A stretch of DNA of 27,945 nucleotides, from assembly GCA_029564175.1 (NCBI GenBank), contig JAKQQL010000039.1, positions 1 to 27,945 of the forward strand. Direction: 5' to 3'. The first letter of the stretch is position 1. Every line of letters begins with the position of its first letter. Position numbers and translations under genes: made by a program. The notes beneath the pieces were generated by a model. That model saw only the letters and a program-made list of their open reading frames with translations, ran no database searches and was not told the origin of the DNA. Of the stretch, positions 27,761 through 27,945 are shown piece by piece. The stretch comes from Candidatus Cloacimonadota bacterium. GTDB taxonomy: Bacteria; Cloacimonadota; Cloacimonadia; Cloacimonadales; WRIO01.

Positions 27761-27945
27761 TGTAACGTAAGCTACTAGCTTGTGGAATAGTTGTAATGTA
27801 AGCTACCAGCTTGTGAAATAGTTGTAACGCAAGCTACCAGCTTGCGAAATAGTTGTAACGCAAGCTACCAGCTTGTGAAAATGTTGTAACGCAAGCTACC
27901 AGCTTGTGAAAATGTTGTAACGCAAGCTACCAGCTTGTGAAAATG
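27761..27945. repeat. 31-bp palindromic tandem repeat array (at least 6 units, truncated by window end)
   Basis: Units start at 27761, 27792, 27823, 27854, 27885 and 27916; consensus TGTAACGCAAGCTACCAGCTTGTGAAAATGT with internal palindrome CAAGCT-ACC-AGCTTG; no spacers. Confidence 0.95.

Noticed and set aside
27761..27945. CRISPR array
   Set aside because: The units are contiguous with no unique spacers, and no cas genes are in the window. Recorded as a tandem repeat.

Overview
Low-GC bacterial chromosomal window; protein style suggests Cloacimonadota or a related anaerobe, which is an inference. Most of it is housekeeping: priA, a stand-alone ornithine carbamoyltransferase, rpsT, ftsY, a sensor kinase/receiver pair, an ECF sigma factor with a membrane partner, an FKBP PPIase, an M3 (Dcp-like) peptidase, a Na/Pi cotransporter, lysS and thpR-recA-recX. 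An AAA-ATPase/PD-(D/E)XK nuclease gene lies at the left edge. Most notable observations: (1) two diverged copies, about 22 kb apart, of a ~150-nt non-coding pyrimidine-arm/purine-arm element, sharing a 32-nt motif (27/32 identical) and a stem with a compensatory base-pair change, with one copy directly upstream of an orphan basic ORF; (2) a TPR - lytic transglycosylase - full-length flhB operon with no other flagellar or T3SS gene in the window; (3) a spacer-less 31-bp palindromic tandem array that runs off the right edge, plus related dispersed REP-like palindromes; (4) an exported-protein gene split by a frameshift at an A9 tract; (5) a PAP2 - papain-like (Cys-His-Asp) protein - MFS operon. 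No tRNA, rRNA, transposase, integrase or cas gene was recognised.
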